This document shows positions 63,401 to 64,000 of a stretch of 64,000 bases of DNA, in pieces; within the stretch, counting starts at the first letter, position 1, and every line of letters begins with the position of its first letter. The notes below the pieces were generated by a model. The model ran no database searches and was not told the origin of the DNA. It saw only the letters and a program-made list of their open reading frames with translations. The stretch is from Scyliorhinus canicula (lineage: Eukaryota). Location of the stretch: NCBI RefSeq assembly GCF_902713615.1, contig NC_052152.1, forward strand, positions 52,551,810-52,615,809, read 5' to 3'. The position numbers and the translations under genes are program-made.

Positions 63401-64000
63401 TTCTCCTCCGCAAGCACGTGCGGCTCCACAACGCAGACCCGTTGGTTGAGAGGGTACAGCTACTCCACGCAAACCTGCAGTACGCCTACGTAGCGTACCC
63501 CGACGGCTGCCAAGACACAGTCTCCCTCAGGGACCTGGCACCAGCTGGGTCCCCACACACCGCCCCCACCCTGCCCCGGTGCCACCCTCCCTCCCCCCAG
63601 TGCACCCGCTCCAGGACAATCCGTCCTCCCCTTGGACCCACCCGGGGATGAAGAGGATGACAACACGCTCCGGGAGTCACTGAAGACCAAGCCGACGCCT
63701 GGGTCACCACCAGTACTGCGGCACTCTCAACGACAGATCAAGGCGCCCGATCATCTAAATTTGTAACCTTCTCTGTAATTTTAAAGCCAATCTGTACGTA
63801 AATAGATTTTCCACCACCCCGCTGGACTCATTTTTAACAGGGGGTGAATGTGGTAGTCACCACTGATGTATTATATTGTATATATTGGTATTACGGTAAG
63901 GCCCCTGTACTACAGGTACGGGGGTAGATCCCTGCCTGCTGGCTCCATCCAGTAGGCAGAGTATAAATGTGTGTGCTCTCCGAGCTGCAGCCATTTCGCC
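60474..64000 (+). mobile_element. Gypsy LTR retrotransposon B (5' LTR 60474-60714; 3' LTR from 63849 running off the window; RT C-terminus and RNase H deleted)
   Basis: TG-starting LTRs with TATAAA and AATAAA; gag ORF 60741-61802; PR/RT ORF 61510-62661; integrase fragments; PPT ACAGGGGGTGAA. Confidence 0.92.

Overview
Repeat-rich vertebrate DNA, inferred to be elasmobranch (shark-like) from its V-SINE/HE1-type SINEs and its CR1, Rex1/Babar-like, Penelope-like, Gypsy and PIF/Harbinger elements. One host gene can be assembled by eye on the minus strand. It is an IGSF3-like (EWI-family) gene with four phase-1 coding exons (39849-39927, 36433-36810, 17114-17530, 13610-13710) and a GC-AG second intron. 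It predicts a ~324-aa protein: signal peptide, only two IgV domains, and a C-terminal GPI-anchor-like signal in place of the multi-domain transmembrane architecture of known EWI proteins. Other highlights: (1) an apparently intact 2155-bp FLYWCH-MULE (Phantom-like Mutator) transposon with tandem-repeat TIRs, a 9-bp TSD and two palindromes upstream of its ORF; (2) two different Gypsy families with no tRNA primer-binding site, each with a covarying 14-15-nt complement to its own LTR poly(A)-signal region (candidate self-priming or poly(A)-occlusion structure); (3) a near-perfect 749-bp local inverted duplication next to the MULE; (4) SINE tail swapping; (5) poly-G tracts at element junctions. 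All family assignments come from motif recognition, not database searches. Many repeat boundaries are approximate.
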